From Chlorobiota bacterium (GTDB taxonomy: Bacteria; Bacteroidota; Bacteroidia; Bacteroidales; JAADJA01), in contig JAADJA010000171.1 in assembly GCA_013151015.1 (NCBI GenBank), positions 5,749 through 69,748 of the forward strand: 64,000 bases of DNA. Reading direction: 5' to 3'. Below are positions 30,158 through 40,314 of this stretch, one piece after another; the first letter of the stretch is position 1, and every line of letters starts with the position of its first letter. Both the position numbers and the translations under genes were made by a program. The notes beneath the pieces are model-generated. The model ran no database searches and was not told the DNA's origin. It worked only from the letters and a program-made list of their open reading frames with translations.

Positions 30158-31918
30158 ATGTTATCAGTAAGAAATATTGCTATTATTGCCCACGTTGACC
30201 ACGGAAAAACCACACTCGTTGACAACTTCATACATCAGTGCATTGCACTTGACAGCCGCAAGGAAAGCGGCGAACTTATCCTCGATCAAAACGACCTGGA
30301 ACGTGAGCGGGGGATTACCATTCTTTCAAAAAATGTTTCCGTAACCTATAAAGGAGTCAAAATAAATATAATTGATACACCGGGTCACTCCGATTTTGGT
30401 GGAGAGGTGGAACGTGTCCTCAATATGGCCGATGGTGTTTTGTTGTTGGTTGATGCTTTTGAAGGGCCCATGCCACAAACACGTTTCGTGCTTGGAAAGG
30501 CCATCGAACTGGGATTGAAACCCATCGTTGTCATCAATAAAGTGGACAAGCCCAATTGTCATCCCGACATCGTTCAGGAAGATGTTTTTGATTTGATGTT
30601 CAACCTGGACGCATCGGAAGACCAGTTGAATTTTGCGACTATTTATGGTTCGGCAAAATTTGGGTGGATGAGCACAGATTGGAACGACCCCAAAGAAGAT
30701 ATCATTGACCTTTTGGATACTATCCTCAAAGAAATCCCGGAAGCCCCGTATTACGAAGGGACACCGCAAATGAAAATCACATCGCTCGACTATTCGCCTT
30801 ATATCGGACGGATTGCCATTGGCAGGGTTTCGCGAGGTGACCTGGTTGTTGGTAAAGATTATACGCTCTGCAAAAGCGATGAAAACAAAAAAGCCAGGAT
30901 TAAGGAGTTGTACCTTTTCAATGGATTGAACCGCGAAAAAGTGCAGAACGTAAGAAGTGGCGATATTTGCGCCGTTGTCGGGATCGAGGATTTTGAGATT
31001 GGGGATACCATTGCCGACCTGGAAAACCCGGAACCCCTGAAACGCATCAAGGTGGACGAGCCCACCATGAGCATGTTGTTCACCATCAACAATTCCCCGT
31101 TTTTCGGGAAAGAAGGGAAATATGTCACTTCACGGCATTTGCGCGACAGGCTTTTTAAGGAGACCGAAAAAAACCTCGCCCTACAGGTTAAATCCACGGG
31201 TTCCGAGGATAAATTCCTGGTTTATGGAAGGGGCATCCTTCACCTTTCTATTTTGATTGAAACCATGCGGCGCGAAAAATACGAGCTGCAAGTGGGCAAA
31301 CCGCAAGTAATTATTAAAGATATTGATGGCGTGAAATCAGAACCCTATGAAATCCTTGTTGTGGATGTGCCTGAGCAATATTCGGGAAAAGCCATCGAAA
31401 TTATCACAAAACGAAAAGGTGATTTAATGGTAATGGAACCCAAAGGGGATTTGCAGCACCTCGAATTCGACATTCCTTCACGTGGCCTTATCGGCCTTAG
31501 GAACAGCATCCTGACCGCAACAGCAGGGGAAGCGGTCATAAACCATCGTTTGCGCGGTTTTGATGCCTTCAAAGGGGATATCCCCGGAAGGAACAAAGGC
31601 TCGCTGGTTTCCATGGAGACAGGTCAGGCCCTTGCCTATGCACTCGATCGCCTTCAGGACAGGGGCAGGTTCTTTATTGGCCCTGGCGACCGGATATACA
31701 AAGGACAGGTAATTGGGGAACACACCAGGGAGAAAGACCTGGACCTGAATGCCACTAAGGGGAAGAAGATGTCGAACATGCGGGCTTCTGGTTCCGACGA
31801 TTCGGCAAAGATCGCCCCTAAAATCGTTTTTTCGCTCGAAGAGGCCATGGAATACATTAAGGATGATGAATATGTGGAGTTGACACCGAAAAGCATCAGG
31901 ATGAGGAAAATCAGTTGA
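30158..31918 (+). CDS. typA: Translational GTPase TypA/BipA
   Basis: [47 protein letters not shown]. Confidence 0.97.
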   Translation: MLSVRNIAIIAHVDHGKTTLVDNFIHQCIALDSRKESGELILDQNDLERERGITILSKNVSVTYKGVKINIIDTPGHSDFGGEVERVLNMADGVLLLVDAFEGPMPQTRFVLGKAIELGLKPIVVINKVDKPNCHPDIVQEDVFDLMFNLDASEDQLNFATIYGSAKFGWMSTDWNDPKEDIIDLLDTILKEIPEAPYYEGTPQMKITSLDYSPYIGRIAIGRVSRGDLVVGKDYTLCKSDENKKARIKELYLFNGLNREKVQNVRSGDICAVVGIEDFEIGDTIADLENPEPLKRIKVDEPTMSMLFTINNSPFFGKEGKYVTSRHLRDRLFKETEKNLALQVKSTGSEDKFLVYGRGILHLSILIETMRREKYELQVGKPQVIIKDIDGVKSEPYEILVVDVPEQYSGKAIEIITKRKGDLMVMEPKGDLQHLEFDIPSRGLIGLRNSILTATAGEAVINHRLRGFDAFKGDIPGRNKGSLVSMETGQALAYALDRLQDRGRFFIGPGDRIYKGQVIGEHTREKDLDLNATKGKKMSNMRASGSDDSAKIAPKIVFSLEEAMEYIKDDEYVELTPKSIRMRKIS

Positions 31919-31949
31919 CCGAAATTAAAATTCGATCAATATCTTATTT

Positions 31950-33216
31950 TCAAAAGGCATATCCCAATAGGAAATAATTCCGATGTGTTGCCGAAGAATG
32001 GTTTCCATATCCGATGAAACTTGAGCCCCATTCGTAGCGGTATTCAAAAGATATTCTTTTCCACTTTGTACCAAGGCCAAGATTGAACCCAAACTCCCAA
32101 CCCTGTGTGTCGCCGAAAAGTTCCTCTGTTACTGTTCTCGCCGACGAATAGAGTTTTATTTCGGTCGTGACCTGATCGGTCCGGGCAAGGGTCATCCCAT
32201 TGGTTATCCCGGCATTTACGAAAACAGAAAATTTACCGAGCGCATAAGTATATCTCAGCATATTGCTCATTCGCAAATGCAAAAAGCCAACACTTGCTTT
32301 CGATTTGCTGTATTTGTTTTCGTCAATATAATCCTCAAAATAACCATTTACCGTGTAATTCGTAAAAAGGATTTCATTGTTGAACGACCAACGGTTAAAA
32401 CCCCTTGGCAAAAAGGCTTCTATTTTCATCCCAAAGGTGAAATTCGTTGAAGTCGAAAAATCGGTTTTGTAAACGGCTTCGTCCGATTTGCTTTTGAAAA
32501 CAACATTGGTAAGCGTAGCGCCGGCCAAAACACCAAACTCCAGGGGTTTTTTATTGATGCCCTTAATAGAAGCATTGGTTTGTGACGTACACTTATAGTA
32601 ATCCTTGAACAAGCTGGTCAAATATTCCGGATTGTATTCGGCCTTGCTGATCTTGTGGCTTATTTTCTGACAATCGTCCAGGTATTTTGCCAATTGGATA
32701 ATATATCCGTTCACCGTAACCATATCCATCAACCCATCTTCATGCTTGTTCAGGTATTTCCTGAATTCGAGCCATGTGTAAGCTGTATCCGTTTTGACAA
32801 AGAACTTTTTTCTCTCGTTCTTATCGTTAAAATAAAACAGGCTTTTTTCACCTATTGCCAAAACGAGCAAAAACAATGTGTCGGATTGATAATTAAAAAC
32901 AGAGTCGGTTGATAAAGTCTCAAGTTTTTGGGAAGAATCATCGTATCTCACAAAAGCACTTATATACTTCATCGCCTTCCACACCAAACATTTTTATCTC
33001 CCCCGGATTGTATATCACAGCTTCGCCATCGCGCTTTTCCCAAAATGATATTTGATCGGGGTTATATTCCCAATTCTTATATTTGATGTATCCCTTTACG
33101 GTGTCCCCATTCAGGGAAATGATGTATCCGGGAAAAAGGTTTTTCTGTGAAAATGCTGAAATGGGAACAACGATCGTAAAAATCAAAAGCAGGGTATTGA
33201 GCGTAGTTTTTTTCAT
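31950..33216 (-). pseudogene. Outer-membrane beta-barrel domain protein, frameshifted near 32961-32966
   Basis: N-part with signal peptide and GYIISLNGDTVKGYI; joins as GDEVY-ISAFVRYD across a TATATA run; C-terminal LGYAF. Confidence 0.75.
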
Positions 33217-33385
33217 AAACAAAGGTTTTGTCTTCAGGGGACTTCTATAAAAAGGCTATATATGTTTTTTTTTGACGAAGATAGAAAAGATGCAATGTTC
33301 AATCAAACTTTTTTTATTTGTTTTTATAATGACCGCAATATTCCTAATTTTGACAAATATTGGGAAAACTTAAATATTCGACAAT

Positions 33386-33934
33386 TTGGATTTTTTGGGA
33401 TTAGTAAATAAGCGTCAAAGCGTAAGGAAATATTCCTCACGGAAAATTGAAAAAGAGAAACTGGAACGTTGCCTCGAAGCGGCAAGGTTGGCACCATCGG
33501 CAAGTAATTCACAACCTTGGACAATGATCGTTGTGGATGACCCCAAATTGAAAGACAAAGTGGCAAGGGAGACATTCAGCAAGCTATTGTCGTTTAATAA
33601 ATTTGTCCCTGAGGCTCCGGTGCTCGTGGTTTTTGTAATTGAAAAACCGAAAATAATCACACAAATAGGAGAGAGGATAAAAAACAAAGAATACCCATTA
33701 ATCGACATTGGTATCGTTTCCGAACATTTTTGCTTGCAGGCCACCGAAGAAGGCCTTGGGACATGTATGTTGGGCTGGTTCAACGAAAAACCGATTCAGG
33801 AACTCCTTCATATCCCTGAGAAAAAAACCATCGGCCTTATTGTTTCGGTTGGTTATGCCCCCAAAGATTACAAACAAAGGGAAAAAAACCGTAAAAAGTG
33901 GAAGGATGTTGTTAAATACAATTCGTACAAATAA
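33386..33934 (+). CDS. Nitroreductase family protein (TTG start)
   Basis: RQSVRKY, ARLAPSASNSQPW, GLGTCMLG. Confidence 0.93.
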   Translation: MDFLGLVNKRQSVRKYSSRKIEKEKLERCLEAARLAPSASNSQPWTMIVVDDPKLKDKVARETFSKLLSFNKFVPEAPVLVVFVIEKPKIITQIGERIKNKEYPLIDIGIVSEHFCLQATEEGLGTCMLGWFNEKPIQELLHIPEKKTIGLIVSVGYAPKDYKQREKNRKKWKDVVKYNSYK

Positions 33935-34105
33935 TATTACCACCCATCCCGGCTTCTAAACATCGTGGTTCTGTATGGCCCGGTGCCGGATCGTAAACCC
34001 GTTGTTGATTAAGTCCGGGATTATAGATTCCGAAGAGCCCGGGCACAAAAAAACCTTGCAAGGAATCCCCCAAGGGTTTAAGGGTTTTTCGATATAGCTC
34101 AAAAC

Positions 34106-34543
34106 TCAATATACATAAGGGATCAGTCGCCAGGATTTTTCAGAATAGGTTTTGTAAGCATCAAAAAACACCATCAACAGCTTTTCCTCATACAACATTT
34201 TTAAAATGAGGTTTACGAAGAAAACAAGGAAAACAATCCCTCCCCACAAATTGAAATTATAAAACAACATAGGGCCAAATACCAAAATCAAAGAAAGGTA
34301 CATGGGGTGCCTTACCAATTTATAAGGCCCGGACCGAACAAGGCTTGCGCCCGAAAGTGGGGTAGGGGTGATGTTTAAACGGCTCTTGCTCATTTCGTAA
34401 ATGGCCCAAAACCCGATAATAATCCCTACAACTTGAAAAGCAAGTAAAAACAAATTATCGGAAAACCACTTATTAAATGCCAATAACCAAATAAGGCTAA
34501 CATATTGAACAAAGGTTAATATCTTGGGTTTTAAGTTATCCAT
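34106..34543 (-). CDS. Isoprenylcysteine carboxylmethyltransferase/PEMT-family membrane protein
   Basis: LVRSGPYKLVRHPMY, EEKLL, RLIPYVY; ATG at 34543 avoids overlap with the globin. Confidence 0.88.
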   Translation of the reverse strand: MDNLKPKILTFVQYVSLIWLLAFNKWFSDNLFLLAFQVVGIIIGFWAIYEMSKSRLNITPTPLSGASLVRSGPYKLVRHPMYLSLILVFGPMLFYNFNLWGGIVFLVFFVNLILKMLYEEKLLMVFFDAYKTYSEKSWRLIPYVY

Positions 34544-34582
34544 ATAAATAGAAATTAGAATTCTACAAAATATAAACAACAC

Positions 34583-35050
34583 ATGGAACTTAAAATTGTT
34601 GAAGCACCTTTTGGATTTCGCCCTCGCATTGTGATGCCAAGTCCCGAAATTTATAAAAGAATAGGGGAGGAGGGGGTTCGGAAACTCATCCATGACCATT
34701 ACGCACTGTTGCGAAAAAGCGAAATAAACCACTTGTTTCCCCAGGATGATAAAGCATTTGAGCAGGCCGAAAAGAATTCGGCTGATTTTTTTGTGCAAAT
34801 GCTTGGAGGCCCACAACATTATTTCAAAAACCGTGGTAGGCCCATGATGGCAAAGCGTCATGCTGCCTTCAAAATACAGCCGGGTTCAAGGAGGATATGG
34901 CTGCGTTGCTATCAGGAAATCCTGCCAAAGCTTGATTTGCCGGAAGACATTGTCCTTTCATTTTGGGATTACCTGAACCTGTTTTCCCTCTGGATGGTGA
35001 ACACACAGGAAAATAGCGGAAATGGAACCAGGGAAACAACCTTGGCCTAA
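34583..35050 (+). CDS. Truncated (2/2) hemoglobin
   Basis: IYKRIGEEG..DHY; DFFVQMLGGP..Y; PMMAKRHAAFKI; WLRCY. Confidence 0.85.
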   Translation: MELKIVEAPFGFRPRIVMPSPEIYKRIGEEGVRKLIHDHYALLRKSEINHLFPQDDKAFEQAEKNSADFFVQMLGGPQHYFKNRGRPMMAKRHAAFKIQPGSRRIWLRCYQEILPKLDLPEDIVLSFWDYLNLFSLWMVNTQENSGNGTRETTLA

Positions 35051-35141
35051 GGGAAATATTTAAATGATGTGCAATTTGCCGCACACCTAATTAAGATGTA
35101 GATTATACTTACTTTTGGAACGTATTTCAATAAGTTGTCAG

Positions 35142-35999
35142 ATGAAAAAAAGAACGCTTAAAATTGCCATTGCTTACGATTTTGATGGCACATTGGTGCC
35201 TGGGAACATGCAGGAGCATTCCTTCATACCGCAGTTAGGGATCGATAAAGGGGAGTTTTGGAAAGAAGCCGATGAACGGGCCAAACAAAATGACATGGAC
35301 CAGATACTGGCCTATATGCAGCTTATGTTGAAAAAAGCACGTGAAAAGGAAATCCCCGTTACCCGAAAAGCTTTTCTTCACCATGGAAAAGGAATTGTGT
35401 TTTTCGAAGGAGTGGATACGTTTTTCGAAAGGGTTAACGAATTTGCAAAAGGGCAAGGCGTAATAATCGAGCACCATGTTATCTCGTCCGGTCTTCGCGA
35501 TATCATCGAGGGGACGGGCATAGCCAAATATTTCAAGAATATTTTTGCCTCAGGCTTTGTTTTCAATACCAATGATGTGGCCGAATGGCCTGCCCTGGCA
35601 ATTAATTACACGAATAAGACGCAATACCTTTTCAGGATAAACAAAGGGATCAATAATTCCTACGATAATTCCACAATCAACAAATACGTGGACATGCACG
35701 AACGCCCGATACCCTTTTCAAGGATGATTTATCTCGGCGATGGGGAAACCGATGTGCCTGCCATGAAAATGATCAAATACCAGGGAGGGACGGCCATTGC
35801 GGTCTATGATCCCAAAAAACGCAAGCGGAAAGACAAACCCTCGCCCAAGCAAATTTGCGAAAAGCTGATCGAACAAAACCGGGCCGATTTCATCTCTGCC
35901 GCCGATTATTCCAAAGGTTCCAAACTGGAACAAATCATACAGGCACTTATTGTACGCATTGTTGCAGAAGAAAATGTGAACCACTTGAAACAGCAATAA
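35142..35999 (+). CDS. HAD-superfamily hydrolase
   Basis: YDFDGTL, ISSGL, KTQYLFRINKG, YLGDGETD. Confidence 0.9.
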   Translation: MKKRTLKIAIAYDFDGTLVPGNMQEHSFIPQLGIDKGEFWKEADERAKQNDMDQILAYMQLMLKKAREKEIPVTRKAFLHHGKGIVFFEGVDTFFERVNEFAKGQGVIIEHHVISSGLRDIIEGTGIAKYFKNIFASGFVFNTNDVAEWPALAINYTNKTQYLFRINKGINNSYDNSTINKYVDMHERPIPFSRMIYLGDGETDVPAMKMIKYQGGTAIAVYDPKKRKRKDKPSPKQICEKLIEQNRADFISAADYSKGSKLEQIIQALIVRIVAEENVNHLKQQ

Positions 36000-36094
36000 T
36001 CCGAAAAACACAAATAATTTATTAAATATTTGACTTGTAGGATTTTTTAGTACATTTGCCGCAATTATTAAATTATAAATTACAATTACAAACA

Positions 36095-36286
36095 ATGAAA
36101 ACAGGTAAAGTAAAATTTTTCAATGAGTCCAAAGGTTTTGGGTTTATTGTTGACGATGAAACAGGACAGGATTATTTTGTACACGTTTCTGGATTAATCG
36201 ATGAAATCAGAGATGAAGATGCGGTAACATATGACCTCAAAGAGGGCAAAAAAGGCTTAAACGCAGTTGATGTGAAATTGGCCTAA
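36095..36286 (+). CDS. Cold-shock domain protein
   Basis: GKVKFFNESKGFGFI; YFVHVSGL. Confidence 0.96.
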   Translation: MKTGKVKFFNESKGFGFIVDDETGQDYFVHVSGLIDEIRDEDAVTYDLKEGKKGLNAVDVKLA

Positions 36287-36312
36287 GTTATTTTTATTAA
36301 AGATTTTTTGGG

Positions 36313-36339
36313 AGCCCCGCAGAAGCGGGGCTTTTTTTT
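36313..36339 (+). terminator. Intrinsic terminator of csp
   Basis: AGCCCCGC-agaa-GCGGGGCT plus T run. Confidence 0.9.
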
Positions 36340-36364
36340 GTTTTAAACAGATTACATGGCTCCC

Positions 36365-37210
36365 TTACTTTCTGTTTCCCCCAATAAGCCTAATCCCTTC
36401 CTCGCTTATTTCCAAGCGTTTTTGCTTATATAAAGCGCCCACAGCTTTTTTGAAAACCTTTTTGCTCATTCCTAGTTTTTCGGAAATTGCTTCCGGGGAG
36501 CTCTTGTCGTTTAGGCCAAGGAAGCCTTCATTTGCTTTTAGGGCGGCCATGAGTTTTTCAACATTATCGTCAACTGCACGATATCCAAAACGGTTCAGGC
36601 TGACATCTACTTTATTGTCGGAGCGGATTTTCTTTACATATCCAACCAATTCATCACCCACGTTTATCTCCTCGAAGATTTCATTTTTGAACAACATTCC
36701 CTGATATGTAAGGTTAATGATCACACTGATACCGATTTCCGTTTCTTCATACGCAAGCAAATCAACTTTGTCACCAATTTTAAGGTCAACTTCATCCTTG
36801 ATGAGGGTATTGCTGATTTTTGTGGTGCCAACAAGCCGTTGTGATTTTTCGTCCAAATACAAATAAACCATATGGAAATCACCTTTTCTGATGGGTTCGG
36901 ATTGCTGTGCAAACGGGACCATCAGATCCTTTTCAAGCCCCCAGTCAAAAAAAGCCCCGTTATCGTTCACGTCAATGGCTTCAAGTGCCGCATACCCATT
37001 TAGCTTTATGTGCGGGGCCAGGGTAGTGGCCGTAATCCTGTCTTCAGAATCTTTAAAAAGGAACACTTCGATTGAATTATCGGTTTCAAAACCTTCCGGT
37101 ATATATTTATTGGGCAACAACACCTCGTTCGATTCTTCATCAATCAGATAAAATCCATTGTCGGTTTGCCTTAAGGCTGTTAATGTATTGAGTTCTCCTA
37201 ATTTGAGCAT
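36365..37210 (-). CDS. cvfB: CvfB-family S1 RNA-binding protein
   Basis: VLLPNKY, GAFFDWGLEKDL, DKSSPE.I..MSKK.FKKAVGALYK. Confidence 0.9.
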   Translation of the reverse strand: MLKLGELNTLTALRQTDNGFYLIDEESNEVLLPNKYIPEGFETDNSIEVFLFKDSEDRITATTLAPHIKLNGYAALEAIDVNDNGAFFDWGLEKDLMVPFAQQSEPIRKGDFHMVYLYLDEKSQRLVGTTKISNTLIKDEVDLKIGDKVDLLAYEETEIGISVIINLTYQGMLFKNEIFEEINVGDELVGYVKKIRSDNKVDVSLNRFGYRAVDDNVEKLMAALKANEGFLGLNDKSSPEAISEKLGMSKKVFKKAVGALYKQKRLEISEEGIRLIGGNRK

Positions 37211-37243
37211 GGGTAAGTGTTTTTTTGCAAAGCTAAGTTAATT

Positions 37244-37450
37244 ACGGCAAATATAATCACAAGGAGGGAAGAAACCGCTTCGACCCGAAGTTTGTTGAAC
37301 ACCGCTAAATTGATGGAAGACAACAGTATGTTGTTCAAATTGAAAGAGATGGAATATGTGGAAAAAATAGCTGACAAAATTGGAAAAATAACAGTATCGG
37401 GAAACGGACAGGTTATTGACCAGTTGAAAGATATTTTTTCAGGGAAATAG
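37244..37450 (+). pseudogene. C-terminal remnant of a slipin (SPFH) family gene
   Basis: ANIITRREETASTRSLLNTAKLMEDN..LFKLKEMEYVEKIADKIG; no N-terminus or ATG. Confidence 0.8.
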
Positions 37451-37469
37451 GCTGTGTTAATAGTTAATT

Positions 37470-37500
37470 AAGCAGATGGGAGTTAATCCCATCTGTTTTT
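37470..37500 (+). terminator. Intrinsic terminator after the slipin remnant
   Basis: GCAGATGGGA-gttaa-TCCCATCTGT plus T run. Confidence 0.8.
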
Positions 37501-37579
37501 CTATGCAATTATTTGCCCGTTTGAGGGGAAATTATCCATCACTTTAAAAATAAATTTGCATTTTTAAAATAATTCAAAT

Positions 37580-37744
37580 TATCTTTGCCGCACAGTTCAC
37601 GCCCTATGGCTATTGTTCAATTCTTAATAAAGGGCACAACTATGATGGAATTAAATATACATATCGTCCAGGAGTTTGGGAAAGCTTAAAACACTTTTCT
37701 ATTAAAAAATAGATATTCCCAATCCAATGTGATCGGGATTTTTT
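37580..37744 (+). promoter_or_regulatory. Promoter, leader peptide and attenuator upstream of TPR-rtcB
   Basis: TATCTTTG (37580); uORF 37642-37689 MMELNIHIVQEFGKA; hairpin TCCCAATC/GATCGGGA + T6 (37717-37744); uORF TTGGGAA is complementary to TTCCCAA. Confidence 0.65.
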
Positions 37745-37872
37745 CTGTCCCGCAGTTTTAATCACATTATTTCAATTAAATTTATTTACCGCTCTATTTT
37801 GAGCTTTCGTTATACCAAGTTTTGCTTTGTCAGGACACGAATAAATTCCACTTTTGGAAAACAACAAACAAA

Positions 37873-38385
37873 ATGAATAATTTAGCAACACAATATTATG
37901 TAAAGGCCAGGGACAATTATCCCTACAACCTTGAAGAAGTACTCGAGTCGTTGAACTATGCGTTAAGCTATGATGATGAATATGCTGCCGCACATTGTTT
38001 AATGGGAATGTTCTATGTTGAGCAAATCCGTGACTACGATAAGGCTTTTCAATATTTTGAACAAGCATTGGTCTACGATTTGAACTACCTTGAAACCTAT
38101 TACCACTATCCAAAAGCATTGATCAATTTCGGTGATTTAGTAAAAGCAAGGAAAATACTAACTTACGCACAAAGTATTAAGGGGATATGCCAAAGTTGTA
38201 TCTTGCAATTGCAAGCCTTGGTTTTTGAGAAAAATGCAGATTTTAAAAAGGCAAAGAAACTTATTGAAAAGGCCTTGCTGATATCCATTGATAATGAAGA
38301 AATTAGCTTTCTCAACGATGAATTGAAAAGGATCAATAAGAAAATTAAGAAAAGAAAAACGTCTGTACGCAAAAAGACTGCGTAA
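37873..38385 (+). CDS. TPR protein
   Basis: DNYPYNLEEVLESLNYALSYD..AHCLMG; TPR periodicity; basic tail. Confidence 0.85.
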   Translation: MNNLATQYYVKARDNYPYNLEEVLESLNYALSYDDEYAAAHCLMGMFYVEQIRDYDKAFQYFEQALVYDLNYLETYYHYPKALINFGDLVKARKILTYAQSIKGICQSCILQLQALVFEKNADFKKAKKLIEKALLISIDNEEISFLNDELKRINKKIKKRKTSVRKKTA

Positions 38386-38423
38386 TAGTGTTTGATCTTT
38401 GCCAGCAATTTAAAATTAACAAC

Positions 38424-38806
38424 ATGAAACAAGTAATCACAACAGAACGGATCCCTATCAAATTATGGTTGGACGACATGGAGCCGGGGGCAATTGCACA
38501 GGCAAAGAACCTTGCAAACCTGCCCTTTGATATATTGTAAAAGGATTGGGAAACCCTGAAAGTTTCAAGTCATGTTCGCATGGTGCAGGCAGAAAAATGG
38601 GCAGGATACAAGCACGGAAAACCCTTGACTTCCACGCCGAAATTTCTGCAATGAACAAGAAAGGGATTGTTCATGCAATCAGGAATTTAAGCGATCTGGA
38701 CGAAGCGCCCGGTGCCTACAAGGATATCGACAGAGTGATGGAAAACCAAAAAGACCTGGCTGAAACTGTGGTGGAACTAACACCTTTGGCGGTAATTAAA
38801 GGCTAA
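38424..38806 (+). pseudogene. rtcB: RtcB RNA ligase with large internal deletion
   Basis: N-terminus MKQVITTERIPIKLWLDD..QAKNLANLPF fused out of frame at ~38530 to C-terminus YIVKGLGN..SCSHGAGR..DEAPGAYKDI..VIKG. Confidence 0.9.
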
Positions 38807-39030
38807 TGTCCCATTTTTGAGATCCGTTCATTCTTACTGTATCAATTCACAAATAACTATTTGTAATTTGAAATCCCAGGGTAATTAAACAAAAGCCTAT
38901 GCGTAGTTTACTGTTTTAATGATTATGGAATCAGAACAGGTTTCCTATTTGATTTTTGATTTCAGCAGTTTTGTTTTTTGCAATTCAGGGTTATACTCTA
39001 TTTCTTATCTTTGCATCATATCTGCGAAAA

Positions 39031-40314
39031 ATGAAATTTGAACAATACCGTATTTCCGAAGGGATAAAAAAGAGTATTTCCAAACTTGGTTATAAAAAAC
39101 CAACCGACATCCAGTTTAAATCCATTCCACCTATTTTAAAAGGAGAGGATGTTTTGGCCATTGCACAAACGGGCACAGGTAAAACTGCTGCTTTTGCCAT
39201 TCCTGTTTTGGATATTCTAAATGAACGAAAAATCAAAGGAAGGAGGTCGGATGGCGTAAAATGCCTGATAATGGAACCAACACATGAATTAGCCCTCCAA
39301 ACAGAATCCGTTTTTAACACTTTGGGCAAACATACCCGCGTGAGCAGTTTTTGCATCCTCGGTGGTGTCGATCAGGAACCACAAATCAAACAGCTTTCAA
39401 AAGGGGTGGACATTTTGATTGCCACTCCCGGACGGATGTTCGATTTGGTGAGTCAGGGGGCACTTAGTTTGAAACGGGTTGAAATCCTGGTTTTGGATGA
39501 GGCCGACCATATGCTCGATTTGGGCTTTATCAAAGATATCCGCGATTTAATGCGCCATCTTCCCAGAAAACGGCAAACGCTTTTCTTCTCTGCAACCATT
39601 AACGAAAAGATCAAGAAACTTGCTTATTCCCTTGTCACCAACCCAATCCGTATTCAAATCTCCCCAAAAGACCCGGTTGCAAAAAACATTGAACATGCCG
39701 TTGCATTTATTGAAATGGACGACAAGCGTTTTTTCCTTGAAAATATGGTACGGAATTTCCCAGAAGCAAAAATATTGGTTTTTGTTAGGACAAAAGTGCG
39801 TGCCGAACGGGTGAAAAAAGCAATGGAAAGGGTAAATATCCTGACAGAAACAATTCACAGCAATGTCCTGCAGGAAGAAAGGGAACGGACAATGCGGAAT
39901 TTCAGGAACGGTGATTTGAAAATCCTGATAGCCACGGATGTGAGCGCACGTGGAATCGACATTCCGAATGTGGAATATGTGGTGAACTACGATATGCCCG
40001 AAACATTGGAAAATTATGTTCACCGTGTGGGCCGTACTGGTCGGGCAAACCAAAAGGGCCAGGCGGTTTCGTTTTGCAGTTCCGAAGAAAAAGAAATTTT
40101 GGCCGGCATTGAAGAAAACCTCGGGAAAAATATCCAAAGACTGGAAATCTCTAAGAAGGATTATCAGAATGCCTTGGATTTCAAAGAGGAGGAGCCGGAT
40201 GACTGGCGATCGTTGATGAAGAAAGCAGAAAAGGAAGGGCTTCAATTTCGCCATGAATTCAAGGAACCCGTAAAGAAAAAGAAAAAACCGAAAAAAAACA
40301 GACTGGGCAAATGA
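39031..40314 (+). CDS. DEAD-box RNA helicase (RhlE-like)
   Basis: AQTGTGKT, DEAD, SAT, ARGID, HRVGRTGR. Confidence 0.96.
   Translation: MKFEQYRISEGIKKSISKLGYKKPTDIQFKSIPPILKGEDVLAIAQTGTGKTAAFAIPVLDILNERKIKGRRSDGVKCLIMEPTHELALQTESVFNTLGKHTRVSSFCILGGVDQEPQIKQLSKGVDILIATPGRMFDLVSQGALSLKRVEILVLDEADHMLDLGFIKDIRDLMRHLPRKRQTLFFSATINEKIKKLAYSLVTNPIRIQISPKDPVAKNIEHAVAFIEMDDKRFFLENMVRNFPEAKILVFVRTKVRAERVKKAMERVNILTETIHSNVLQEERERTMRNFRNGDLKILIATDVSARGIDIPNVEYVVNYDMPETLENYVHRVGRTGRANQKGQAVSFCSSEEKEILAGIEENLGKNIQRLEISKKDYQNALDFKEEEPDDWRSLMKKAEKEGLQFRHEFKEPVKKKKKPKKNRLGK

Noticed and set aside
31880-31918. TypA C-terminus slightly short (ends RMRKIS)
   Set aside because: All domains are present and no alternative-frame continuation is visible; treated as natural variation
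33940-34090. GC-rich pairing segments as a possible sRNA
   Set aside because: Weak pairing between convergent genes; terminators explain it adequately
35142-35999. HAD hydrolase as a defence-system component
   Set aside because: No defence partner genes nearby
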